DNA of 64,000 nt from Takakia lepidozioides (taxonomy: Eukaryota; Plantae; Bryophyta), in NCBI GenBank assembly GCA_030704615.1, contig CM060733.1:51894001-51958000 (forward strand). Reading direction: 5' to 3'. A program made the translations under genes and the position numbers. Shown piece by piece: positions 40,301 to 52,100 of this stretch (position 1 is the stretch's first letter; each line of letters begins with the position of its first letter). The notes under the pieces are model-generated. The model was not told the origin of the DNA. It worked only from the letters and a program-made list of their open reading frames with translations, and did not search any database.

Positions 40301-43300
40301 GACAAGTAAGTAGAAAGGTAGCGGCAGCTTACCTGCAGAAAGTCCAGCGTAAAACAGAAGAGCAGCTCCATGACCATCAAGTGTTGTGTGATATCAACAA
40401 GGTCTCATCTCTACTGTTTCCCAAATGCTCGTGCTTTTACATGACAGAATTCCTATGTTGTTATATTCACACATTCACAAGTATTGTTACTTCAGTCCGA
40501 GCTACTAATGCCCACCTGCTTGGGACGTCATCTCCGATCCAGTGTGGTGCCAGAATCCACAGGATGAACACCCATTAATGATCTTAATTGCTGAAATTGG
40601 GGTGCTCATGAGAACTCTTGATAGGTTCTTTACAGATTTGTCTATCATTCACGAACATTGGCATAGCGGTGCAACCACAGTATATTGGAAGAAGAATTAT
40701 CTGGCCACAATTGAAGAAATGGATATAACATTGTATGTCTTCTGTGGGAGAGCGCATCCTTTTTTATCCCCTTCACTGTCTGCAAAGTTTGCCCGTTGAT
40801 CGTGCTCCTGAAAGGATCAAACTCTATGTTCAAACATAAGAATGCTTAAAAACTGATGATGCACTGTATATGGTCAGGTGGAGGCAGAGTTTGTGATTGT
40901 GGAAAGCAGCAACCCTGTGCAGAAAGAGTTGGTGGAGCAGGTCGCCAGGCTCGGAATTAAGAAGTTGGTGCTTGGCACACCCCACCGTAACCTTATCACC
41001 CGGTGAGCACAATCGCACTCATCTTCAAGTATGTTTTCACTGTATTGGAGGCTAGCTATAGAGTGGGTTCGCTGATGCTGGCATGGATGGTGCTGAACAG
41101 GAAGATTATGGGGCCGGTCATAGCAGCATATGTGGCAAGGAATTCTCCCATGCACTGCACAGTCATGGTTATCAGCAAATGCAAGCTGATATCTGTGAGG
41201 GAAGGCCTGCTTCATTCAATTTTGCCTCACTCCTCTAGGTCAACCCTGAATGGCTTTAGTATGGCTAATGGATGTGACAATTTCAGTGGGGCATCAAGGA
41301 TACGTTCTTCCAAAGGTACTAGTCAACTTGTTTGTGTCCTGATTGTTTGTGTACCTGTGTTTGCTTGGGAGCATGAGGGAACCTTTCATTCATGGTTATA
41401 ACTATACAAAGAATGGGGATCCTCTGTTGAAAGGCTCCATGGATTGTTCTGTTGTGCAGACGAGATTGTGGAGCTTGAGGAGGAATACTCGCTGACTGCA
41501 TTGCCATCCATTCAAGTGATGAGTTTACCATTGGGACTTGGGCGTGTATCGCAGCCCTTACCTTTAGAGGGACAATCTTCCACGAGTCACCACTGTACAA
41601 GCAGAGGCACCATTTCCGCTCCTGTATCATGGTCATCCGAGGCTCTTGTTTCTTCAGAGGAAAGCCAACATTTACGGTCCCCATTTTTAGATGCAAATTA
41701 TCAGGTCCCCAAAGATGACAACTCTTTCAGCTTTGACATGACTGGGGTGCCAATGAGCAAAGCTCAAGCAGACCGATTGGATAGAATTTTAAGCCCTACC
41801 CCAGGGTTTGAGGCTCAAACAGGAATCTTGAGCCAACCAACACGCAATTCAGGAAGCTCATCTAGACGCCTCACGATAGTGTCAGCACCAACTGACGGTG
41901 CAGGACAATTCAATCAGGATGATTTGGACACACCAGGGGAAGAGTTGAAGGATGCCAAAGATCATACGATTATTAGAGAGCCTTTGGATAATGGTTTGAG
42001 GGTAAAAGCTGCCAGGGCTACAGTGGCTTCAATTATTCCTCCACTCTCTCTTACAAGTAATTGGTCCGCTACTAGTACTGGCACCGTTGCAATAGCGGCC
42101 GATGAATTGATCGCTTCTATCACCCCTCCTGGGTCTCCTAGGAAGGAGCTTTCTGGTAGTCCAGTGAAGGTGGCAGTTGTGGAAATTGACAAGCAGAAGG
42201 GGATCAATGTTGAGGAGCCAGGAGTTGAAGTATCAACAAGTAATATTGTAGGCTTCACCTTTGATTTTCAAAATGAAGTCAACCCTCACTCTACCGAAGG
42301 GCAACAAAGCCTTATTCCCATGCAGCTTGACTTGGATGAGAAGGTAAGCATACAAGTTGCTCCATATCACATACTGCTATTTGGTTTTTCAAATGATATA
42401 GCCTGAGAGACTGCCACGAGGAGTTTTCCATGGGCTGACCCTGTGCTTGAGTGCAAGTTACAAGCTCTACTGCTGTTTGGTTTTTCAAATAATATAGCCT
42501 GAGACTGCCACGAGGAGTTTTCTATGGGCTGACCCTGTGCTTGAGTGCAAGTTACAAGCTCTACTGCTGTTTGGTTTTTCAAATAATATAGCCTGAGAGA
42601 CTGCCACGAGGAGTTTTCTATGGGCTGACCCTGTGCTTGAGTGCAAGTTACAAGCTCAAATAACAATTCAAATGCTGCTGGGGCCTGAGGGCAACTAAGC
42701 AGAAAAGAATGCATGGGATTAGATATCTCTGTAACTAGGGACAAATCGCACCACAAGCTGGTCACTAATTGGGGAAATACTTGGGTGCACCAGAACACAG
42801 CCCATCAAAGGAAGCCTGGCTCTCTAGTCTTGTGAGCCTTGTAATAATTATCCAACAGTAATAAAAGACTTGACATGGTAGGAGTGCGTGCAGCCGAACT
42901 TGGTGAACAGTGAGGTGGAGAGGCTCAGGATGCAATTGGAGCAGGCGTGTTTGTCTATGGAGAAAGCACAACGAGAGGCAGAAATTCAAGCCCATCGATG
43001 TCAGGAAGCTGAAAGAGCCGCTGACAATGCTCATCGTAAGGTGGGAATCTTGCCAATTAGACTGCTAACTTTTGACTGGTGGCTGCTGCGTCTTAACTGG
43101 AATGTATTATGCATATAAGATCACTTCTACCTTAATGAATTTTGAAATGTGGAAGCAGGTGGAGGAGTACGCTGCGATGCAGGAACAAGAGGCAAAGATG
43201 AAAATGGAGGCCCTGAAGGCTGTCGAGATTGCAAGCCAAAGTGCTGAAGAGGAAGCCAAGAAACGAGATGAAGCACTGGCGGCTGTGGTGGAGGCCCAAC

Positions 43301-45705
43301 ATGCTGTGGAAGAGGAGTCTCGACGTCGCATGGAGGCAGAGGACAAAGCATGCCAAGAAGCAGAAGCAAGAAAAATGGCTATGGCGGCCTTGCAAAAGAT
43401 CCATTGCCAATACCGGGAGTACAATTTTGAGGAGCTTGAAACAGCCTGCAAGAATTTTGCAGCAGATTTGAGGATTGGGGAGGGTGGTTACGGTATTGTT
43501 TACCAGGGCAAACTGCACCACACCACCGTGGCTGTTAAAGTTCTCAATCCTGATGGGCTTCAAGGTCCCCTCGAGTTCCAGCGCGAGGTTGGTTTCTATA
43601 ATAGGTTGTTCTAGCATTATTAATATCATATTTATACTTTAGTATTCTACGTTTGCAGTAGGAAAAAATGTTTCTTGTGTTGGGTTCTGGATCAAATATT
43701 CAGAGCACTTGTTCCTTCCTGCACTTACTGAGCCTAGCTTTGAACCATGCTCTGGCTGAATGTGATGTGTGAGGACCTTTGACGCTGTTTTGACATGAGA
43801 TTGATTAAAAACAAATGTAAAAAATCACCCATTTCCTACTAGTGCCTGTTTCTTTGGAGCGTCAGGAGAAAGAGGCAGTCACCTTGAGGATGACCAATTG
43901 GATTGGGTCTTGGAAGGCTGATCATGGCGCCGGAAGTGAGCTGGTGAATGAATGCAGCTTACACCTCTTTCCTTCCCCTTGAAAAGTATGCATGCTCACA
44001 ACAATGATGGGAATTACTGCAGGTGGAGCTGCTTGGACGTATCCACCACCCTCACATGGTTATGCTGCTAGGATGTTGCCCTGACAAAGGTTGTCTGGTA
44101 TATGAGTTCATGGCTAATGGCAGCCTGGAGGACCGATTGGTTTGCAAGGGCGGGTCTCCACCCTTACCATGGCAGACTCGCATCCGCATAGCTGCAGAGG
44201 TGGCAACTGCATTGCTTTTCCTTCACAGTACTCGGCCTGAGCCCATTGTTCACCGGGATTTAAAACCAGGCAACATTCTGCTGGACAAAAATTTTGTGAG
44301 CAAACTTGGGGATGTGGGGCTTGCAAAACTTGTGCCTGCGAGATCCCCAGGGAGTGCTGCCTTCAAGAGTGTCTACTTCCGTGACAATACACCTGTGGGT
44401 ACTTTTGCATACATCGATCCAGAATATCAAAGAACGGGTACATTTGGGCCAAAATCAGATGTCTATGCTCTGGGCATTGTGATGCTGCAACTTCTAACAG
44501 GAAAGCCTCCTGTTGGAGTGTTCGAGCTGGTGGAGGATGCTCTTGAGAATGGATACCTTGAGAGTGTGTTGGATCCTACAGCGGGGGAGTGGCCCCATGA
44601 ACAGGCCGAGGAGGTGGCTTGCCTGGCACTGCAGTGTGCTGAGATGCGTCGCAAGAATCGACCTGATCTAGAGAAAATTATTCTTCCTAAATTGGATAAA
44701 ATCCGAGTTCGTTTTGAGGACTTTGAAGCAAAGAATGTTCAAAGGAGATTACTGGCCCCAGGTGGAGCGGCCCCTGTAAAGGAACGTGACTATGTCGTTC
44801 CCGCCATGTTTCTCTGCCCCATCTACCAGGTACAATGCATTACCTATTTGTTGGAAAACCACTGGCGTGTGGTCGGGCTAGGGATTGAACCTAGGACCTC
44901 CCCCATTCCGGTGGGGTGCTCTACCACTGAGCTACCCATCCCGTTCTGTTCTCAGAGCGCCGTGCAAGGGCTATAGCCTTGACACCTCCAACACTCCCCC
45001 TCAAGGCATAGCCCTTATGCTAATGCCCACACATTCTGACCACCGCCCCAACCTTGGCTCTGATACCATGTTGGAAAACCACTGGCGTGTGGTCGGGCTA
45101 GGGATTGAACCTAGGACCTCCCCCATTCCGGTGGGGTGCTCTACCACTGAGCTACCCGTCCCGTTCTGTTCTCAGAGTGCCGTGCAAGGGCTATAGCCTT
45201 GACACCTCCAACACTATTAACAACATACTCAGTGCTGAAAAACCAGTCTCTGCAAGCATTTCGTTTCTTTGTGGGCAGTTGAATCTCTCACATTATTCAT
45301 GAACTCTTATCATTTCGATTACTATCTGCTGTTTGAATACCAATTTTCTAAGCAATATGAATCTGCCTTTCTGCAGCTTACCTACACGATCTATCCTCTC
45401 CCAGTTCTGCTTGCATATGTTCCCTCATCTGATCCCTCACAACTTTGTTTTCTGGAGTTGAGCAGGAAGCCATGGACGACCCGGTTATTGCAGCTGACGG
45501 GCACACATATGACTACGAGGCAATCAAGGAGTGGCTAGAGAAGCACAACACCTCTCCAATGACAAATCTTAGACTCTCTCACAAACAACTGACTCCCAAT
45601 CATGCCCTGCGCTCTGCCATTTTGGAGTGGCAGGCCAAGGTCTGTGCACGAGTAGGTGATGGAACTTTTAATAGATTAAGGAACCAATTAGAAAGCCATG
45701 TATAA
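37387..45705 (+). CDS. Plant U-box protein kinase (USP-like domain, coiled coil, Ser/Thr kinase, U-box; PUB33/34/35-type) with long Q-rich N-terminus
   Basis: Phase-consistent GT-AG exons: ~37387-39442, 40280-40401, 40878-41002, 41101-41315, 41460-42343, 42894-43040, 43159-43587, 44023-44829, 45466-45705. Motifs: VVVAV..SKDALKW (USP), IGEGGYG.VY, VAVK, HRDLKPGN, DVG, GTFAYIDPEY, FLCPIYQEAMDDPVIAADGHTY..SPMTN (U-box). Start codon uncertain; an upstream exon is possible. Confidence 0.9.
42372..42657. repeat. Intronic tandem repeat, 3 x 94-96 bp, nearly identical
   Basis: Units start at 42372, 42468 and 42562 (TACTGCTRTTTGGTTTTTCAAAT...GTTACAAGCTC). Confidence 0.95.
44849..45213 (-). mobile_element. 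TRIM (miniature LTR retrotransposon) with tRNA-derived LTRs, Helenus-like
   Basis: Two 145-bp LTRs (44849-44993, 45069-45213; TGTTGGA...TCCAACA; 2 differences). 75-bp interior with minus-strand PBS TGGTATCAGAGCC and PPT GAGGGGGAG. 5-bp TSD CTATT (44844-44848, 45214-45218). Confidence 0.93.
44870..44941 (-). other. tRNA-like sequence inside LTR (second copy at 45090-45161)
   Basis: GGAYGGG TA GCTC AGTGGTA GAGC A CCCCA CCGGAAT GGGGG AGGTC CTAGG TTCAATC CCTAG CCCGACC A. Intact A/B boxes and D and T arms; imperfect anticodon arm. Confidence 0.85.
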
Positions 45706-46829
45706 CTGAGCACTGTAGATAGAACTAATCAAAATTCTCTGTTGCTAACCTTAAAAGAGCGCTGTACCATGGGAAGATCGACAAAGTGTGTCAGGGGCCA
45801 AAAAGGCCCCATCCGGCCAAGCATAATAATGGAAAATTTGGGTGTCCAAGATTTGTGATATGTGTGCGTTGTTGTCCCCGTGCTGGGACCATTGGGAACT
45901 TCTTTGATTCCTCCTTGCACAAATTTAAGATTCAATGTAGTTGATTCAAATAGACCTTCTCCATTGCCAACTAATTCTTGGGAATCCATGTCTAGGAAGG
46001 GCAGCACAGTAAGGGTACTGGATACTTGGACATAGCTTTGGTGAGGCAGCTGCTGCTGTGTTTTGGTGCACCTCTCTCTCTCTCCACTGGCAAGTCACTT
46101 GTCACTCCGAGCCTTGCATGCTCGTGAGATTTCCCCAGGGCTAAGATGACAGCAAAATCAGTGGTGGACAAAGCTGGAACTACTGCACAGAATGCTCCGT
46201 GCTAAATGCACTACATCTCAGGTCATGTGGGCTAAAATTGACACCCTTCCTTTTCGATGAGTCTATCCCCAAGATCATCCTCTTCATGTTCAGTTTCCAC
46301 CCGCTGTCCTCCAATTGGAAGCCAGCCAGGACCTTTTGCACTGCCCAATCAAGCAAGTTACTCAGCACACAGGTGGGTTAAGAGAGCGGGCAGGCGAGGA
46401 AGAGTCTACTTTGTTGAGATCCTTCATCTTACCCATCCAAGGTTCATCTAATCATTGTTAATAGAATTGGGAGCTAGAATCTCTATTTGTAGCAAAAGTA
46501 AATGAGCACTGTCTTATAGGCACTGCAAAATGCCCTGGTGAGGACAACAAGCTACTGATACCACCAGCCACAACCACTGTTGCCTGTTTGATAAAAAGGA
46601 GAAAATTTGTCATTCTTCAAGCAACTGACACACAATTCGGAAACACTACATTGCTTCCCTCAAAGCCATCTTGACAAAGCCTTGCATGTCCTACTTGTCA
46701 TGAGCTATCAATTATCCACCAACCTGTTGTGATTATTCAAACAAACCCGAGAGCAAATAGTGCAAAATTGAGGTCATATCAGCGACTACAACGTTGATCC
46801 TGAGTATAGGAAAACCCATAACACGGATG

Positions 46830-48062
46830 AAGCACACACCACTGGGGGTGATGGAAAGGCCACCAAAGAACAAAGACCCCTACCTGATCCAGAGGTAAGA
46901 GACTTGCGCCTGCGGCAGATGGTAATACTCTGCAGGGGTGTGTTTTCTTAGCCCGCCACGTCACCCGTGGTACCCGGCCTTACCAATCTCGCCTTTACTG
47001 GTCTGCCCCCTTTTGTTTGTCATTGACTTGAATGGATGAATCGAGTGGATGAATATTCAAACTATAAATGGACCTAGGGGACCATCTTGTCATTAATTTC
47101 TCACAAACTTTGGTGCAATGGCCTCTCTCGCGTCTCACAAGGAAGCGATGGAAGACAAAGTACTTGCTCAAGATCTTTAGTCGTCCAATGTGATGGAGTT
47201 TGAAAGGAAAAGTGAGTAGAGCCACATATAGATCCATTGTAGAGGAAGTACCTTCAATATCACAGTGCAAAGTGCTGATGTATAGCACATATTATATAAT
47301 GCACAGTGACGAAAAAATAGGGTGAACTGAACTTACCGATCATAAACTTTCTGCTCAAATAATACAACATCTCTTTGGACGACATCACCTGCGAGCAAAG
47401 TGTCCCATATCAATGCTTCGACCCATGTTTTGATGGAGGCTTTGATGAAGCTGACATCCATGCAGGGGGTAATTACCTGTGCAATTGATTGAGAATGTTG
47501 CCCTTCCGTATGAGGCTTCACCGCCTCCATCTTTATGCTACACAAATGAAAAATCATTATTTTAGCCACATCTTATAACTTGAATGGTGTAGAAATGTGG
47601 CAATGTCCCTAGTTCATCCGCCTCTCTCTCGCTCTCTCTCTCCGCAGACGTTATAAAGCACCATTTCATTTCATCTCTCTCTCTCTCTCTCCCCCACCCC
47701 CAAGCGCAGTTTAGCTTCCATCGCTTCCTTGTGAGACGCGAGAGAGGCCATTGCACCAAAGCTTGTGAGAAATTAATGACAAGATGGTCCCCTAGGTCCA
47801 TTTATAGTTTGAATATTCATCCACTCGATTCATCCATTCAAGTCAATGACAAACAAAAGGGGCAGACCAATAAAGGCGAGAGGGGTACCACGGGTGACGT
47901 GAGCATAGTGTGGCCCTTTAATTTGGCGGGCTAAGAAAACACACCCCTGCAGAGTATTACCCTCTACTGTAGGGGCGAGTCTCTTACCTCCGGATCAGGT
48001 GGGGGTCCTTCTTCTTTGGTGGCCTTTCCATCACCCCCAGTGGGGCACTTGTGTGTGTGCTT
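46830..48062. mobile_element. Long-TIR (~320 bp) Pack-MULE/foldback-like element with captured gene fragment
   Basis: 46830-47154 and 47715-48062 are highly similar inverted arms. The 560-bp spacer holds two spliced exons. TSD not found. Confidence 0.8.
47337..47537 (-). pseudogene. Captured two-exon fragment HKDGGGEASYGRATFSINCT/GDVVQRDVVLFEQKVYDR
   Basis: Exons 47537-47477 and 47388-47337 have canonical AG/GT boundaries and join in phase. From memory, the peptide resembles the 'SF.INC.GD.C.GDVVLF.Q.VY' block of plant SAP/CCCH-62-like proteins. Confidence 0.65.
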
Positions 48063-49149
48063 TTAGAAGAGGAATAGATCAGGACCCCATCTGCCTATGA
48101 AGGACAAAACAATGCCAGGTTGGAAATACTTCAAAACAAAATATGATAAAGAGAGAGAACTGGATGCAATGCGAGGAGCAGCCCTGCAGAATTGCCAAAC
48201 CTGCAACTCAATCACCGTGCCGGCCTTGCGGAATCTATCTACATCTCCCTGAACTGGATTTATGCCAATAAACATAAGCACCAGGAGATTGATAAGCATC
48301 TGGCTCATTGATTGACCTTTTAGTGAGTGCAAGCTCCACTATGTTGACAGCATGCGAAAGAGACTAAACCTTGACAGCTGTCAGATGCCTACATCAACCT
48401 GAAGGCCAAGACCAGCATATAATCCAGACAAACATGCTTTTTCATGCTCCATGACTTTATGGCACTTTCCACTTGAACTGGAGACAGTGCACAGACCATG
48501 CTGCACAACCGGGTCATATACACCAACATTTACCTGCACAAAAACTATCAACTATCATTTACCAGCAAGGAAGAGCTGTCTTGTGTGTACTCTCCTCTTT
48601 GCATGACCTACACCAACCAAGACGTCATGTGCTAAAAGCCCTGCTAATGACTTGACAGAAAAAGATGTTATGTTATACCAGATCCCAATCGCACCCAGAT
48701 AAAGCAGGTGCTTGATCAGCAGACAATTGAGCGCTTCAGTGAAGTAACCTTGCACACCATGAGAGAGCACCAAGACCTTCATGAGTTCCGGGAATGCCAA
48801 GTGCTTTTGACAGCCCGTCCCCAACCAGGTACCCTTCTGCGTTATAATGAGCATGGGACCAATCCCATTACTAAAGCTTCACTTCTCAAGCATACATGTG
48901 CCCTGCCCATGATGACCTTCCAATCTTTGCCCTTGGCTGAAGGTCTGAAAGCTCACTCATATGTACAGAATCCATAGCCGCCATCTTCAAGGGGCCGTCT
49001 GTGCTACACCTATGACACTAACAGTCGGAACCATATGTCCTGAAGGTGTTGAACACCTACTGATGCTGCAGACCCTGTTGTTGACGGAAAATAATGGGTG
49101 TTACAGTTCAGAAAATTGTCACTTCTATTTTGTCCTGATAGAAGTATTT

Positions 49150-52100
49150 TCAAAAATGACATCTGGGTTCCGAATCTGAGGATTGAGTGCTGCCTGCCCT
49201 CCAGTGCATGCCACGTGAAGAAATGCTCCACAATGACTCGCCCTTCTGCACCTTAGTCTTTCCAAGTGGTGCCTTGGATTTCAGAAACAGATGCTTGGGG
49301 GTCTTGCCCATTCCATTGGCCAGAAGCCACCTAGAGCCTGACTGTTGATGCTTTTGGTTGCCCCAACCTTCTTTCTTTTTATCAGAGACGCTCTCACTAG
49401 CTTTCAGTCCCGACATGGTCACCTCCACAATTTTGAACTGTGGGGGCAAGGGGGGAGCCTCAGGTTCCTCTTCCTCCTCACTGTTACCCTTTATTGAAAC
49501 TCGTCTCCCCAGTTTGGCAGGTGGAGGCATCATGACCCTTTCTGCCTGAACTAATGCCATCATGGGGGCACCCACGGGCTCGTAATTTCGAAGTGGGTCA
49601 CGGAGTTGCACCAGCATAGCCAGTGTTAGTGTATCACCCATGAATCCCCCTCTTACATTACTTGTCTTTGCACCACCTTTGCCATCTGTTTTTCCCCAGA
49701 CGGCCGTTTTGTTCTCTTTCTGCTTACTCGCAACCACAACATCCCTGTGGACAGCATTGTGAGCTGCCAAAATTGCCCGAGTGTTCTCTTTAGTCTCTGC
49801 TTCATCATACACACCTGCATCGAGCCTCATCCACTCATCTAGAGATATTGCCATAGACATGAACCCATCATCAGACCTGCTTGAAGCTTCCTCCTTCGTG
49901 TTTCCGCCTTCCAACAAGTGCAAAGCTGTAACACCCTTTAACATTCCTGTGCCCCTGTCACGTCTCTCCTTGGAGCCACCTTCTAGAGCTGCCATTTCTT
50001 GCCATGAAAGTGCATCCACACTGTAAGGTGCTTCCTCCTCCACCATATCTGACTGTATCTTCAACCCTTGCATAGCCAAAGCTTCAATTTTCTGCATGGC
50101 CATGGGAGCCAGATCCTCGAGTGACATGAAGTCATTAGAAGGTTCTGCGAAGCTCCTACTGTCCTTATTAGGTCTTCTGGAGCTTGCTGCCATGTCAGCA
50201 CCAGCTCTGTTGGCCAGAGAGCCTTCCCTTCCATCATACTCCAGACTGAGCCCTGCCTGTGCACTTCCGGCAGGGCCTAATGCTGCATACCTGAACATCA
50301 CCCAACTCTGGCAATTCAGAGCTGATTCCAAGTCTCTGCCACAAGCTTACGAGAGTGTGCTGCAAAAAGACACATTTCAATTTACCATGTCCTCTTATTC
50401 ACGCTTAAGAGCTGCCCTGTACAAATTAGTAGTTCCACACCAGATAACCAGAGAACACTAATTATCCAGGCCAACTGCATTTTCAATCTGTCAATCACTG
50501 AGTTGTTTCAGAATATTTGTGAAACTGGAACCATTGCAACCTACAGGGCTTGTGCATACCGATTCATATGCAGGTAGAGCACAGCAGACAAAATCAGGAG
50601 CTAAGAGCAGCCATTCCAAATATAGTTGAATATAACTGATTATGAACTACACTTTCTGAGGTGTTCTGTATGGATGGAATGGGAGAAGAACTCAGAACCC
50701 ACTCCTGAACCCTTGTGGGTGATAATAAAAACATGACCTACCAACCTTCTATGCAATCCACGACAAAGAAAATTACCCATTCCTGAAGTTGCCATACTGG
50801 TGGTGCCCTCCTTCCAAAGCATCCAAACCCTCGCTTGCAATTTGTTCCACTGTCTTACCCATTATGTCCTCCAAAGGCATTGCCATCATAGCTTGAATAG
50901 CCATGCCTTCCATGCCAGCAGCAGCCATACACCGCAAAACATCCACAGCATTTGATCCCATCTCTGCAGGCACCACCAGGGGCTTGGATACTTGCATAAC
51001 CAGCCGCCCACTTGTGTCACTTGCCTGGAAGTTTACAGGACTCATAGACCTCAATGATCCACCATCTCGAATTTGAACAGCGGAGCCAAATCCCTTTTCC
51101 AAAGCTGGTAGATTGGGTGTCTGAACCAGCGCTGAGCTGTAAGAGCTCTCAAAGTCTTGGAGGGTTTGAGGCTCAGGCAGGGAGTCCTCGAAAACTCTTT
51201 TGTTCAAGCCCCATTCTTGCATAAGAGCCTCATTCTCAGCATCTTCCAACAATTTGGCACGTGACTTGCTGCGCATAGTTTGTGTCGCTTTCTCCAGCTC
51301 TGATTCAGCAGCCTCCATGATGGACGACAGCTCTACATCCTCTTCACTGCCCCAACCTGCAAATCAAAATCACAGAATCTTACACTTTTGTGGCAATCAG
51401 CCCACATCATACAGTGACCAACCTGGATTTGGTTGTTTTCTAGATCTACATTGCTTTCCACAAGTTTTCGTTCCCTGATACACTCCTAGAAGTGTTGTTT
51501 CTTGCATGTAAGGGTATCCATTCCAAGGGTTAGAAAGGCAGGAAATACTATTAGCAGTATAATTCCCTTTCAGATGTGGTCCCCTTGTCGGCTGCCGGGG
51601 TAATCCACTTTTCTCAGGCATCAACCATCAATAGACAAGACACTAACCTAGAATGCTGAGCTCATCCGAAAGAGAAGATTTGTGAATGGTGGACGGTTCT
51701 CGATCGTCTATAGGCCCTCCTTGGAACTGCATGGGTGCATCGTCTAGATTGAGTTGAGGAATCTCAGGCAAGTTCAAGCCCAGGTCAATGCCACCTTCGA
51801 GCAAAGCCTCTTGCTCAAATTGCTTGAGCAGCAATGCACGAGGAGAATTGGGCTCACTGTCAGAGGCAGCTATAGGGCCCCCCTCAGTTTCCAACAAATC
51901 CAGAAATTCACCCGCCACAGAGTCAATCTCATCATCAGATTCTCCAGTTTTCCTTTTTCTTCCATCCTGCTCAGTTGCTAGAAATGTTTGTGTTTCTGCC
52001 ATAAATGCAAGTTTCCCATCTTCCTCTGCCATGTCCAACCCTTGCTTCCCCCCCTCTTTATCCTCGTCGCGTGTGTCTTGACCCACCATGCAGAAGAGAG

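Noticed and set aside
28187-42657. CRISPR-like arrays (the tandem repeats at 28.2, 31.7 and 42.4 kb)
   Set aside because: Contiguous tandem units without unique spacers, in a eukaryotic context with no cas genes.
44870-45161. Two functional tRNA genes
   Set aside because: They are embedded in LTRs, with a mispaired anticodon stem, C at position 33, an acceptor-stem mismatch and no T-run terminator.
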